From: Ruditapes philippinarum
Lineage: Eukaryota
Length of the DNA: 64,000 nt
Direction: 5' to 3'
Assembly (NCBI RefSeq): GCF_026571515.1
Contig: NW_026852869.1
Span: 62,001 to 126,000 of the forward strand
Position 1 is the stretch's first letter. Each line of letters begins with the position of its first letter. The notes under the pieces are model-generated. The model worked only from the letters and a program-made list of their open reading frames with translations, had not been told where the DNA came from and did no database searches. The position numbers were made by a program, and so were the translations under genes. Shown here piece after piece: positions 23,801-38,465 of the stretch.

Positions 23801-26800
23801 TTAGCGCAGAGGAAGGTAGTCTAGTACTGGTGTAACTCTCCAGGAACGATGGTAAGGAAACTACCCGCTTATATGACTGAAATACTGTTGGGAAAAGGCG
23901 TAAAATAAAACAAAGAAACAGTTCTGACAATTACAAAAGTTTTATCTAAGAATATATGTTTAGAAGAATATTCTATCGGGTCACTCGTTTTAAGGCTTCA
24001 GTATTGTATTGTATATGTGAATGTCTAACTCCGCCAATAACAAACAATATTTATATAAAGTGGACATGTTTCGGTCATCAGCAAAAAATCTCTTCTAGAA
24101 AATGCCTTAATAATCTGCTTCTAGAATTAATAATATCACCAAATTTTCATGATGAATTTTTGTTTATTCTCATAAAACAATTATAATGTATCTGGTTATT
24201 TACACATTGTAATTAAAGGGAAATTTATTACAATGATATTTGTTTGCGTATTTTATCATGTTACATGTTATAAATCATTATTGTTTAGATAAGTGGTTTG
24301 ATGATTTGAGTCTTTCTACGTTAAAGAATGGAGCCTCCGTTACCGAGTGTTTAGAGCTATTGTTTCAGAATCACTCGCATTTAAAATGTTTTCGAATCCT
24401 ATCATTTCTTATGAAAGAGCAGTGATTCTTTTGTCTTTTTAAAGAAGATATCCACCTAGCGTTCGGATGGCGGATGATTCTAATGATGTGGACAAGTTTA
24501 TGGAAGAGTGCTGGTTCTATTTATTTATATATTCAAGAATATGTAAAACTGATATCGTTTTCTTTTCTTTTTTGTAAAGGTGGTGACGAATCAACACGCC
24601 GGACAACTGTGTATAAACCAAAGTGCTTAAGCACATAGGTGAATTAAAACTTATATTATATGGTGATATTAATGATTATTAATCATGAAAAAATATAATT
24701 TGTTTAGGAGAAGGCAGATGTGATATCCTACTCTTAAATGTGTTTTAACTGGATTTATATTTTTTTGAAATGACTGTTGCCATTACCGCGAATTGGCTTT
24801 TTTATTATTTTTTTTCGCAAATCAATACAAAGTTTGAATGATGGACAATAAGGTTCATGACTGTCAAACAAAATGAACAATAGAAAACCATTGATTTATG
24901 ATATGCACTCAAATTTGACGTTACATCTAGATTTTATCATTTGTTCATATCGTGTTGTCTGTCAAACATGTCAACAGAAATATTCCCTCGTCGGATATTA
25001 TTTTACTATCAGTGATTTTAATACTGTGTAACGCTGTTGTCTGGCAAGTTGCATAAAATGTTCTGTGACAAAACCATTGCCATTAGTACAATGCAATGTA
25101 ATTTGCTTTGCACACCTATCTCGATATATATATTTTTTCAGTTATACATAACCAAGAAAGTATACATATCCAAGAAAGTAAAAGAAACAATCTTATATAT
25201 TATTAATTATAATCTTTTACTATTCAAACTCGATAAATAATACATATTAGTCAAAGTTTTTTCCGGACTGACAAGCAGTGAACAAATATTACAGAACTGT
25301 ATTTTATACTTCTATTTTGACAAATAACCAAAAATGCCTAAATGTTTGAGATAAGATGGAAACATAGCAAATTGAATACTAGTGACTTGCTAATTGTATA
25401 AACATTAACGAAGCAGAGTAATATTTAAAGCTACAATGTTTAACATTATCTTTTGAAAAAGAGATTTCCTCAGTCTGTAAAAGCAAAATTTTATGATAAA
25501 ATATCAAACTTCATAATGTCATTCTGAAAGTATAAGTGGTTTAAACGTATCATAATGCTTCTTTTAGTATTTAGTTGAGAGTGTAAAGTGTATTGTGCAA
25601 AATGATATTAATGGTTGCAGATACTTAAAACACATGAATGCAAATAGGGGCATATTGAAAGTGAAACATAATACCAAATGCAAAAATCGAACAAACAGGT
25701 ATGAATATAATTATGCTCCATTATCCAAACTTTAGATTAAAGCCTAGAAAGATGATCCTAAATTTAACAGTAAAAATAATCATTATCTATTTGTAAATGC
25801 TTTCTTAAATAAATTTTAGTTACCTGAAGATTTGTATAAATGAAGCATGTTCTTGCTTATTAAATTCAATTCATAACCAAATGTAACATAATTTCATTTA
25901 TTATAAACACATGCAATCGTCGCCGATTATAATCTCTATTTGTTTTTGGCTTAACCCTTGCCGAATTTATCCGTCTCAACCATACTACAAATAACATCAG
26001 CTTACTGTTTAAACAAACTTTAAGGCTGATTATTCTCTCTTTTTTTAAAAAATGAATCGTTTCTTTTGCCAATGCTGACTGGCAATTGAAACATTTACGT
26101 ATCAAACAGGATGCTTTTTAAACTATTTATAGTTGCTGATTATTAATTCCTCCTAACAATAACATAACATGTTTACATAATATATAACTTCATGTAAAAT
26201 TGATCATCTGTTATAAAAATATATCGTATCATCATAAATGCATTATTTTTTAATGATTCAGTTCACCTGTATAACCACTTGAGAGATATCTATGTATAGT
26301 TATTGAGGAGTGAATATGATTCACACTCTCAGAAGAAACCTTCGCCTATGGACCTGAACATTTATCATATCATTTTCATCATTTTACTTAATATTATAAC
26401 CAAGCACCGAGATATTACTTTTTGTTGACGGAAACAGTTATCATTTTCAGGAAGCCAAATATAACAGACTTTAGGAAATGTTGATGATAAAAGACAAAGT
26501 ATTTATTTTTAAAACCTCTTACTTCAAAAAACGTTATTATTTGATATGGGTATTTTGCTTCATGAACTCTGTTTTCATGAGTTTTGACAATTTCGTGAAT
26601 TAAATACTATGTTAAAATATAAATCAATTTGATTTAAGGATGTATGTGTTATATCGGTGTTGGCGGTTTAAGCTGTTTTGAAACAATTTCAAGCCCACTT
26701 TCTTGAAATAACATTTATAAGTACTTGCATCATACGATAAACATAAAGCTATTCAGGATAAGTGGATTACACTTTAACAACAAGGCCAAGAAATTATTCG

Positions 26801-29800
26801 TTGTCTTCAAGTTTTTTTGTTATCATGGTGTTTGCTTGGTTCGACTAGGTTATCTGAACTCAAATGTTTTTTCGTTCTTCAATACATTTTGATTATTTTT
26901 TTGTTTATTTTTGTCCCATACATTTTTGATTATTTTTACTTAAATATTGATGCATTTATTTATTATGTGAACTGAGTAGCTCCTATGGCAAATATTTCAA
27001 CGATTCGACCTTTTTAAATAAAATGATATCTTTTTAACATGTTCGCAACATGTTTTAACATGTTTTAACATGTTTTACATATTCGCCTATCACCTTGCCT
27101 AATGAATTACTCTTTAGTACATCAGGTAAGTGTTTCACGACCACTCAATAGACATGACAGTGTTAAAATTGTAAAAACAGCTAGGGAAACTACGAATGTC
27201 TTGTAAAAACAAAGCATCTGTTCATTTACGATTTGGATTAAAACGGTTTGTAAAATATGCTATTGATATTGTAGAAAGCAAAGTTAACGTTTTTCAGTCA
27301 TTGTAAATAAAACATTGTGTGTTTCCTATTTAATACAATAGTTTTAAGAGTTCTAATAAAGAGTAAATGAAATCAAGTTTGTATTCATTATTACGGACAA
27401 TAAAATAGAACAGTTTATAAATTTATCTCTGCTATTATTTGAAGATTTTTATGGCTTCATTTGTGCAGATTGCACGTGTGATTACTTTGTTTCTATTGCC
27501 GTAAATTTGTATCATCTGACAATCGTGAAATTTATACCTCATATGAATTAAAACAGTGCACACATTAGTTTGGCTAATAATTAGTTGTCAAGAAATCTAA
27601 TGTTTCGATAGTTTTTATTTTAAGTTAAATGATAAAAGGTTATCTTTGTGTAACGAAATATTGTCCGCAAGTACTCTCAGCAAATATTCGTGATGCTATT
27701 GAAACGTTGCTCTGCAGATGCATGGATGGCAATGCCAGAACGTCTAGAGATCACGTTTTTACATCCATTTACGAATTGATTGGTATTGTTTTTTATCTGG
27801 ACAAGTAAAGTTTGAGACTTGCCATTTAAATATACGCGACAAACAACGGTTGTAAATATCTTTCAAAAGTTTGATTCCTTACACGATAGGAGACCTAGGT
27901 CTACAGACTCAATGACTTAAACTATATTTACGATCAATAACAGACAATTTTAGAATTTACTGTTAAGCATTGTATGGTGTTATTGTAGACACAAACGTTA
28001 TGCATGTCAGATCAAAGACGTAAAATGGATGATGTAAACATTTTATAGAGTATCCAATAATTATGGAGTCCCCCTATTGATACGTAACGGACTTGTTGGC
28101 TAACGTTGCCGACAACAAATCACTTGCTCGTCACCGCTGAGATTCCTAATTCTGTCAACGACTTTTGATTTACTAGCACGCTAACTTAATGTCGGTGTTT
28201 TTTCAGATGCCCGCTCGTGTCCGAACTAATGAATGAACGTTTACGTTTACGTCTTCCCCTAGCAGTAAAACTCAAAAGCTACGGTGTTGTTATAAAGGAA
28301 AACAAAACGAAAGAAAAAAAAGTTGAAACGTATTGCATATGTATTATGCTCATTTGTCAATTTGTCAACTTTGTCGAAGTTCGAAAAAACTCTACATTTT
28401 CTATTTGAATCATAATATTATGCCAAATATCTCACATACTACGGATGCTAAAATTAGAATTTCAAAATCACATATACCAATATTTAATAAACTTTATATT
28501 TTTGATAATAATTGATAGTAAATCAAATTTATATCAAAATGTTTATATTGGCCATTACTGATGATCTATTATCCTCCTTATTCAGGTCGTTATCAATCTA
28601 ATTACATTTAAAAGTCATATCTATAAATCAATACACAAATTGAAAACAGTTACGTACTACTTCCAGTAGATATGATTGCGTTATTCAAAATGTGGCCGTT
28701 TTTTAATCGGAAAATGTACTTGGTTCTTTTAAGAGTGCAAATAATATGACACACACTTATATTAATCACTTAAAGTTTAAATTTGTTATAGTAGATGTTA
28801 AGTAACTAAATTTATCCATGGTGCCTAACTATAAAACAGTACAATGTCTTAGGGTGAATTGTAAATTAAAATGAGTTATGTGTTTGAATTGATAAATATA
28901 TTAAATAGATAAATAATCAATTAAATCATGCATGCATGTTTTTTTATATTTTCAATTCCTCTTTTCATTACAAATGTCAAAACAGTCCAATAAACCTTTC
29001 CAGTATACCTATACAATAATTCAGTAAAATTCAAAAAATAGTGAGGAATATTTACGAAACAAGTATTGCTTTTTTCTTAAAAAATAGTTCCTTTGTTTCC
29101 TTAAACAATAAGTGTCAACTTATATGCGTAAATCATGCTGAACGGTGGCTGAGGTGGAATATCATTTTTTTTATCACATAAAATACAGTGTCGAAGATCA
29201 ACAACGTCACAAAATAGAAATAAAGCCAGAAGGCTTGGGCTTTTTAAACATTCTACTTATTAAGTTATATTAAGTTGTTGTCGATGACGCTTTCTGCAAT
29301 TTATTTCAACTGTATTAGACTTATTTTTTAGATATGTTATTGACGTATCATTCTGCATGCATACAGATTCTCGCGTGATACTTCTTATCAAATCAGATTA
29401 ACTTCTTAAGTTAGCTGTTCTGTCAGTAAAATGTTTAAAGGTAGACTTATTACATTCATAGATCTAACAGTCAATAAACAAATGTGACACATTCAATATC
29501 TTTGTCTCGGATGCATGGCATGACATGTAAATATATGACAACTCAGACTACCTAAAGAGACATTAAAGAACAGGACGTTATGGCAGTCGCCTGTACACGA
29601 ATCATACATATTTGTTTTTTCATTTTATAACTGTCATTTTGTGTAGGCAGGCAGGTTTTTCACTATACTAAACAGTTTCATGTACTTGCTCAAAGCAGAA
29701 ACTACCTCTTCTGATATTCTGTTCTTATTGATAGCGTATAGATACAAGAACTTATATTTATCAATAGATGAGTGACTTAGAAAGGAATTTTATGACCATT

Positions 29801-29840
29801 TTTATCATTAGTTATATCATTTTCTTTATAACTGCTTAAA

Positions 29841-30396
29841 CCCTTTACTGCATGAGCATAGTGTAGGAAATAGCCGTTTTTATTGAAAAGCTTCCCGTTA
29901 CAAGTTCAAACTGCTATGAAATTATGAAAAATGCTTCAATACTAATGTGACTTGGCACACATGTTGACTGGACCATAGCCTCTGTAACAGCATACTCATT
30001 CTTAAATTTCCTGTTACCATGGCAACGGGGGATGTCTCAAAATTGCCAAAAATCATTATTTTGCATTATTTAATTCATCAAAACTTATTTCAAAGTGCTT
30101 CAACTTGTAAGTGGATTAAGATAGAGTCAAAGGCTTTTCAGCGCGTTGGTTACAACGTTTCCTTACGTTAGCCTGTCACATATCCAATATTTTCTTGGCA
30201 ATGTGGGGGAGGAGGCTACCGCCCTTCTGGCAACACCTTGATGTACCTTTTGCATAGGGACGTGGCCAAACAATTGATCACTTTTTATCAACAGTTACAA
30301 TTTTCACGAAAAAACAGTGTTTGGCGCCTAAATAGGGCATTTCTTCACTGTTTGAGGTCTCGAAAAGGGATAGGGGTATCTATATGAGGTAAAGGG
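29841..30396 (-). mobile_element. Older full-length copy of the same piggyBac-type MITE, inverted
   Basis: Reverse-complement match to 5368-5989. CCCTTT...AAAGGG ends, TTAA at 29836-29839 and 30397-30400. Empty TTAA site in copy A at ~14643. Confidence 0.85.
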
Positions 30397-30942
30397 TTAA
30401 AACGCTTTTTTTCTATAAAATATGCAAGCACTATTTAAAATATCGAAATTAATGTAAGGTATGCGCTAAAATTTAAATAAAAACTCTATACTTACTCATT
30501 CAGAATTTAAAAGTAATTTGATATTTTTTGGTTGGTCTTAATATCTATTACTTCATGTCGAGAAGTTCTGCAGCAGATTTTTACAAACTTACAGTCTGCT
30601 TCTTTGTGGGTACAATCGGTAGAAAAGATCAATGTTGTAGAAACATCAGTAATTTGTGGAAATATTTTCCAAAGTTGTGCATTTATTCGTGCTATGATTT
30701 GTAGATAGAGCAAAGGTGTCATTTGTATTTGTTTATAATCACATACTACTCTATCTGCACATTTTAACGGAATATATATCGGGGAAGAGCACTTTTACAT
30801 ACGCACAGCAATCATGTGATGTATGTCAAACATTTGATTGCTTATAATTATGTGGATGTCTAAAGTAATCTCTAAAACAGTAAATCCCTAGGTCAGAAGT
30901 AGAACAACGAAAATGGTTATGCGATCTAATGCAGGCTGTTAA

Positions 30943-31615
30943 ATGCGAATCCCACAGTATGGGACCACGTGTCAATGTTGTATGCCAAATATCAAGAGGC
31001 TGTGATAAGTAGTTGCTTAGAAAACTGTTACGAAAAGTTCCTACCATGATGACCATTAATGTCGAAAATTTAACTAAGTCGATAAACAGGAAGTGGATAA
31101 GGAACATATCTAAAATTGAATCCCATGGCATGGGACCATGTGTCAATGATGTATGCAAAATATCAAAAGGCTGTGATTAGTGGTTGCTGAAAGAACTGTT
31201 ACGAAACTTTCCTACCATTGACCATTAATGTTGGAAATTTAACTAAGTGGATAACCAGGAAGTGGATGAGCAACAGACCTGAAATCGGATCTCACAGTAA
31301 TCCATGTGTCAATGCTGCATGCCAAATATCAAGAGGCTGTGATTAGTAGATTTTGAGAAAACTTTACGAAAATTTCCTACCATGGACCATTAATGTCGAA
31401 AATTTAACTAAGTCGATAAACAGGAAGTGGATGAGCGACAGACCTGAAATCGAATCCCACAGTATGGGACCAAGTGTCAATGCTGTATGCCAAATATCAA
31501 GAGGCTGTGATAGGAAGTTGCTGAGAAATTTGTAACGAAAAGTATTCCCCGCCCGCCCAACGCCCGATATTCACCATACTATAACCCAATTGCACTTGTG
31601 TAACTTTGCCAAAAA
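30943..31615 (+). mobile_element. Helentron/DINE-1-like non-autonomous fragment carrying ~3.5 tandem units of ~170 bp; specific to copy B
   Basis: Unit starts at ~30947, 31118, 31287 and 31452. A (CGCC)n microsatellite at 31548-31566 is followed by a short terminus ending in AAAAA. Absent from copy A at ~15195. Confidence 0.65.
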
Positions 31616-31639
31616 TGGTTATGTAATCTAATACAGGCA

Positions 31640-31860
31640 ATGACGTGGCCGAGTGGTTAACGCGTGGTTTTAGTAATCTAATGATTGCTGGTCATGCGGT
31701 CAAACCCCTGTAAGGCAAGTCGTGATTCGGTGTTTCCGGGAGCAAGAAACTTTACACTAATTGATTAGTACTGGTTAACTCCTGAAACGGACTCGAGAGT
31801 GCTACAATAAGTTTAAAGATTCCAACATGGCACTAAAATGATTAGTATTAACTGAACTAA
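31640..31860 (+). mobile_element. tRNA-derived CORE-type SINE (family 3); partial paralogue at ~15195-15312
   Basis: A box gtggccgagtggttaa; CORE-like gagcaagaaactttacactaattgattagtactgg...aacggactcgagagtg; aact-repeat tail. Confidence 0.75.
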
Positions 31861-32216
31861 CGCAGGGGTTGGCATATATGATATTGTTCAAGCCGACCTA
31901 GAAAATAAGTCCGCATACAAAATGTAATGGTACCAATATTAAATGACAGAATTTAAGTAAGATTCTATGAACATACATTTTGGTTGAAATATCTGTTGGC
32001 CAAATTGAATAAAAACCTAAAAAGTACATAACTACCAGTAGGGGCATTCTAGTTTTATGAATTTATCAATTCAATTAAAGATTTTAATTTCAATCAACAA
32101 TTTCATAATATTGAATACCTTACAATTTCCACTTCATGAATTCAAGATTTCAAATTCATGAATTCAATTTAATGAATTTACCTTTTCTCTAACATGAATT
32201 CTCAAAATAAATTTAA

Positions 32217-32564
32217 AGGCACATTACGCTTAAGAAATCCATTTTTTAAACATTTTTTAGAAATGTCAAACATTAATGTTTAGATAATGTATAAAGTGCA
32301 TGTTACATGTTTTAAAAGTACAAAAGTAGCGTTGAATATGCAGTTATGTGTCGTAAAGATAGCACAATGTAAACAAAGTAGTATTTTAACTCTTCAATAC
32401 AAACTGCTTATTCGCTTAAATAATACCAATGCCAACAGAACTAAAGATGCACATGACTGTTCATGTATATTGCAAATGAGTATGTTTTTGGAAACTGTAA
32501 CAAGATACCAAAAATAAACAGTCTTTGATAAATAAAAATGATAACATTAAGGCACATTGGGCCT
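32217..32564. mobile_element. Kolobok-type MITE (TTAA|AGGC...GCCT|TTAA)
   Basis: TTAA at 32213-32216 and 32565-32568; short imperfect TIR. The same insertion is present in copy C, and copy A has an apparently empty site at ~15785. Confidence 0.7.
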
Positions 32565-33129
32565 TTAAATATTTTGATGATCAATAACTATAATATTTAT
32601 GTGTTTTAAAACTGATAATTCAGCAATATATAAATAGCAAAACAAAATCTACAGACACATTACATGAAATATAAATGAGAATGCAAGGAGAAATGCGCAA
32701 CATCAGCAAATTGATAAAACAAAAATAAATGCAGTTAACGTTATACCGATCCCGTTTGTAATCAAGGAAAATCAAGATTAAAGAAATAAATGTTAAAAAA
32801 GAAACAAAAATAACAGTTCAATTATCGTCATTCTGACACGTTCATTGTCCAAGTAAAGTGATTTTGTTGATTAATGAATTATAAACCATATTCAATTTGC
32901 ATTGAATTAACAAAACAAACACAATTGTGAATTAAAAAAAAATGAAAACAGAAATTACAGGAAAAGATGATTTAAAATGAAAACATGTTAGAAAGGAATA
33001 TCATATCATAGCAAATTAAAGATTTGATACGTTTTGAAGACTATAGGTGAGTCTCTAATAAACTCGAGTGGATTAAAGTAGGTTAAGATCTCACAAAACG
33101 TTTGAATAAACCCAATGAATACAAGGCTC

Positions 33130-33950
33130 AGTGTGATACATTTGAGTCAGATCCACGATCACCAGGCGCAGAATCGCCGAGTGTGATACGTTTGAGTCAA
33201 TTTTACTATCACCAGGCGCAAAATCGCCGAGTGTGATACGTTTGAGTCAATTACACTATCACCAGGCGCAGAATCGCCGAGTGTGATACGTTTGAGTCAA
33301 TAACACGATCACCAGGCGCAGAATCGCCGAGTGTGATACGTTTGAGTCAGTTAAACGATCACCAGGCGCAGAATCGCCGAGTGTGATACGTTTGAGTCAA
33401 TAACACGATCACCAGGCGCAGAATCGCCGAGTGTGATACGTTTGAGTCCGTTAAACGATCACCAGGCGCAGAATCGCCGAGTGTGATACGTTTGAGTCAA
33501 TGACACGATCACCAGGCGCAGAATCGCCGATTGTATACGTTTGAGTCAGCACCAGGTGCAGAATCTCCGATTGTGATACGTTTGAGTCAGATCCACAATC
33601 ACCAGGTGCAGAATCGCCGATTGTGATACGTTTATGTCAATTACACGATCACCAGGCGCAGAATCGCCGATTGTGATACGTTTGAGTCAATGACACGATC
33701 ACCAGACGCAGAATCGCCGATTGTGATACGTTTGAGTCAATGACACGATCACTAGGCGCAGAATCGCCGATTGTGATACGTTTGAGTCAGATCCACAATC
33801 ACCAGGTGCAGAATCGCCGATTGTGATACGTTTGAGTCAATTACACGATCACCAGGCGCATAATCGCCGATTGTGATACGTTTGAGTCAATAACACGATC
33901 ACCAGGTAAAGAATCACCGGGTGAGAAACGTTTGAGTCAATTACACAATT
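33130..33950. repeat. 50-bp minisatellite, ~16 units (ACCAGGCGCAGAATCGCCGAGTGTGATACGTTTGAGTCAATNACACGATC)
   Basis: Unit starts at 33161, 33211 ... 33511, 33551 (after a short unit), 33601 ... 33901. Confidence 0.95.
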
Positions 33951-36900
33951 AACAAGCATGTAAGATAATCAAAAGTACATTCTCCCCGAAAAACATTTAC
34001 GTAATTAAGTAATTTATATGAAAGTAAAAAACAAAATACTTTTTTTTAACATTTTTCTACCTAATAAAAGTATATGACTTATAACCTTACATTCAGAACT
34101 ACTTTTTGAAAGTGCCTAATATAGTAAAATGTTTGAATCCATTATTTAAACAGTATATACATGCTCTTTCTAAAGAAGAGGATAAACTATTTCTAAAACG
34201 ATATTCCTATAATTTAATTGATATAATTTAGTAAAGTTTGGCTAAAATTTTATTTAATTTTATCTTTAACTGTTAAGTGTAAATAAATGCATGTAATATC
34301 CCGTTCATGATGATACATTGGAACTTAATGATTTTGGAACCATGACATTGAATTCTCGTACTTTTTCCGATTATTCCAAGGATTACTTAATATATATTTC
34401 TTCTGACTATCGAACAATAATGCTAATGACTTCTTAGCATGAGAAAAATTAAGCTTATTTGCATTAATCGATCATATTTTGTCTTAACCGAGGACAAATC
34501 CGCAGGGATTTTAACTGTCATTGATGTCAGTATAGACATGTTGTTAGGCTATGTTTTTTGTTTGTTTTTGTTTTTGAAAGATTGTCTGTTTTTGTTCTTT
34601 TGTCTTACAATAAAGTGATGTGCCAGGTCTTTGTTTTCAGAAATAATTTTGTTATTAAATTTGTTTCTCATTTGTAGTAAAAAATTAATAAATTGTAATT
34701 ATTCGTACAAAATAAAATAAAATTAAAAGAAATTAATAAAATACTAAATAAATGACGACGCACACTGTCCTAAGAATATTCCTACAAAAGCCAATTAAGT
34801 ATGAACGCATATCATATTGAATGTAAGCAACATAAATATATACGAAATAAAATGATTGGATGACAAAAGGATTGTGAATCTTTCTTGAACAGCAATAAAA
34901 AATATTGATATAGATATTATTTTGAAATTATAGTAATTTAAAACATTAAAGCACTCCATATTAATTTAATCGATTAAAACACTCGCATTTGCAGTATAAT
35001 ACCAACAATCAAATATTAAATGCTATATTCAGTTAATTAGGATGAAAATTAACTAAAGTATATACAAAACAGAACAGAACTTAAGCGATGACGTAGACAG
35101 GAATAGAATAATTAAGTAGATAAATACATATCTCCGATATGCATTCAATATTGTCGGTACATCAGCCTTTTAATTATTTTTACTCTCGTTTCATCGTTTT
35201 TACTTTCAATACTCAGACTGATAATTAATCCCTTAGCGGATATACATTTGCTTTGTAGCATAGTTGTGATGCAATGACATAAATATTCATGTATGAATTT
35301 TATTATCAATGATCATTTGATTATTTATATTGTTTTTTTGGGAAATCTGGAGGCAAAAAACACTGTATTCTGCAATGCAGGATTCAATTTGGATTTGGTT
35401 ATGTTTCACATACCTATTCGGAATAGTGTTTCATTTAGATTTCACAATTACTTACAGATTTAAACGTTTTCTATCCTTACTTGCACCTAGAAAAATCAAG
35501 TAAAGAAGATTTTTTGTTGTTTTAAAACATCAAGTATGGCACCAATATTACAGAAGGATGCAAGAGAATATTCATTGTGATACTGTCTTATTCCAGTACT
35601 TCCTATTTTAACGACACTAACACAGTATTGACATGACTACTAACATTGATTTGTATACAAAATTTGTGTTTTGGAAGCTCAGACATTGCAATACCAGACT
35701 AAAGTATTTATAGGAAAACTATAACAAAGGGCATCTTATTTCATACCAAATTTACAAAAGATCATATTAAGTTGATGTTATACGGAAATCAAAAACAGTT
35801 TAACACGTTCATAAATGTGACGTCATGTCACGTCAAAACTAATAAAATATGAACTTGTTACAGTACTTGTTACTTGTTACAGATATAATTTAGTGTAAGT
35901 ATATGTTCATTTACTGCAACCTTAAAGTTAATAAAGAAAACAGTTGCATTCTGACAGTCTTTTGTTTTGATAATAAACAGTATAGTTTGTTGGGCTTTGT
36001 CTCAAAGATCGCAAATAAGTTAACCTTCTTTAATATATTAAATACCTTGGTCTGGTATAAACAATAATAAATGCAAATTTATGACATCAGTAAAATGCCA
36101 AAGCCACATTTCATGCTTGTAGTGGCCACCTACATCACACATGGTTTTCTTATTCGTCAAGCTTTTATAAAGAACGGAAAATATTTTATGACTCAAATGT
36201 CCCCACTGATATTTATTTCCTATAATTTAACATACTTAACAGATATGAATCATTAACTGTTAAATACAATTGCCATTTTTACGGGTATATCTTTTTAATT
36301 TACCGTGTCTGCTAAAATAAGAATTGGAAAACATCTATCGAGTATCGTTCGGATATGAGTTTTTTTTTATTTAATTCGGCGCCATTTGAAAGATTATAAT
36401 TAATGGAAATTAGTTGTGTCTTTAAATTTATTATTTTCTGATAAAAAGTTCACTTATTTCAATACATGTATTTGATTTCTTCATTGAAAGAGAAATGCAG
36501 TTGTACTTTGAGCATTAATTTAAATTTCTTTTATCATACTTTTGGTTTGGTTTTGTTTACATAAAGAGTTAGTATCATGTAAGTCAATTATCATTAGACT
36601 CATTCAAATTACTTTCTTGTGCTGTCCATGTCTTTTTTTATAACATCACATAATTGTGACAAAACTTTTGTTTCATAGAAATAAAACAGAGTTACTTTAT
36701 AATTGCTGTTTTATATAAATATATGCATTTTCTTCTTTAAACGGTTTAAATGTGTAGTACAATTTAAGGATTTTGTTGTGAATAAACAATATATACCACG
36801 TCATTTATTGTATGACTGTTGCTTTAGAAGTTCTAAGAAAATCGGTAATACAATTTGGCATTACGCCTTTCTTTTACATTGACAAATAAATACTGGTCGT

Positions 36901-38127
36901 GGTCAACATCAACGAAAGTTGCATTTGTATTATCAAGTTGAACGTTTTTTTGTAGATGAACAATTCACAGAAAATAAAATGATACTATATACATGGACAT
37001 TTAGGACAAATGATTAAAACAAACAAGTGTTGATGTAAAATTGCAGACAAAAAGTAAGCTGTGCAAAAAAAATGTTCTCATTTAAATCTAGAGAAATTTA
37101 AAATTCATATCCATTGAACATTATTAGATTGTCTTCTAAAACAAATAGCGTTTAGAAATTTCCTTCTTGAATGTACATTGGTCTTAATGCTTTTATTTTC
37201 TGTCTTGAAAATATCAATTGTAATAAAACAAGAAATTAAATTTAAGTTTGAACGCGAAATATATTTTGTGAAATAAATCCTATGTAATGATAATTTCGAA
37301 GAATTGAATAAATAACAGCAAGGCAAAATTAATATTACAAGAATACTTACATACACAGAGCAAGTTCAGGTCAACCGTCAGCAAAAGATTAATTTGGAAC
37401 CAGAAAAAAATGTTTACCTACCAGGCAATAACATAATCTCATCAGTCTGATGAATTCTTTACCACAATCATGCCAAGAATATGTCTTGTTGTTTTTAAAG
37501 TAAGATTGTATAACAAATATTCGTTGTTTTGATGAGAAAAATAAAACTTAATATAGAAAAATAGAAAGGAATAGAAAAAAGTGATGATTTGTTTACCCTA
37601 ATATCGCAAAATAGAGAAAAACAGAATCCCCAAAGAAAGCCCAACACTGCAAAATTGAAAATATTGTAGATTGTAAGTTACTGAAATTAAATACACTCAA
37701 TTTATGTACATTAATGTATTTCATTTTACAAATTTTATGTATTTGTGATATTTATCAACAATTATGCAGCTGAATTATTAGAATAAATATATTTTAGGCG
37801 TGCGATGATGTTTTCAAAAAAGGCATTATGTTTTTTTTCGTTATCGATTTGAGTTGAATTTATTAAAATATTTCAAATGATGGAATATTGTTATGCTTAT
37901 TGACCAAAACCACATTGCTTGACCAGCTTATTTAATATATAAAATATGAATATAAAACATTCCGTTCCCTAGATTTATTTTCTATTGTTTAATCAACGTT
38001 GTTATTTACGGCAAATTTGTTCAAAACGTCAGCACTTACCCTAACATTGTTAACAATCTGTATTAAGATGGCTGATATGTTTTATGATGACATGGAAAAA
38101 TATCAACGGTCATGGCAACGTGTATAA

Positions 38128-38465
38128 ACTTTTACTTCATGAGCATATTGTGAAAAATGGACGTTTTCATTGAAAAGCTCCCTGTTACAAGTTCAAACTG
38201 CTATGGAACTATAATAATGCGTCAATACTGATGAAACTTGGTACAAATGGTGACTGGACCATCTTAAATTCACTGTTACCATGGCAACGGGGGACGTCTC
38301 AAAATTGCCAAAAATCACTATTTCTCATCGAAACTGATTTCAAAGGGCTGCAATTTTTCAATGTTTTGAGATAGAGTGAATGGCTTTTCAGCGTTGCGTT
38401 GGTTACACGTTACCTTTCGATCGACCTGAGGTCAATATAGCCTGTCACATGTCCAAAATTTCTCA
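38128..38465 (-). mobile_element. Truncated, diverged copy of the same MITE
   Basis: catgagcatattgtgaaaaatgg...gttaccatggcaac...gtccaaaatt matches the reverse complement of ~5620-5980. Confidence 0.85.

Noticed and set aside
33130-33950. CRISPR-like array (constant repeat with a variable segment)
   Set aside because: The variable parts are only ~9 bp and are variants of each other, no cas genes are present, and the context is eukaryotic with introns. It is a minisatellite.
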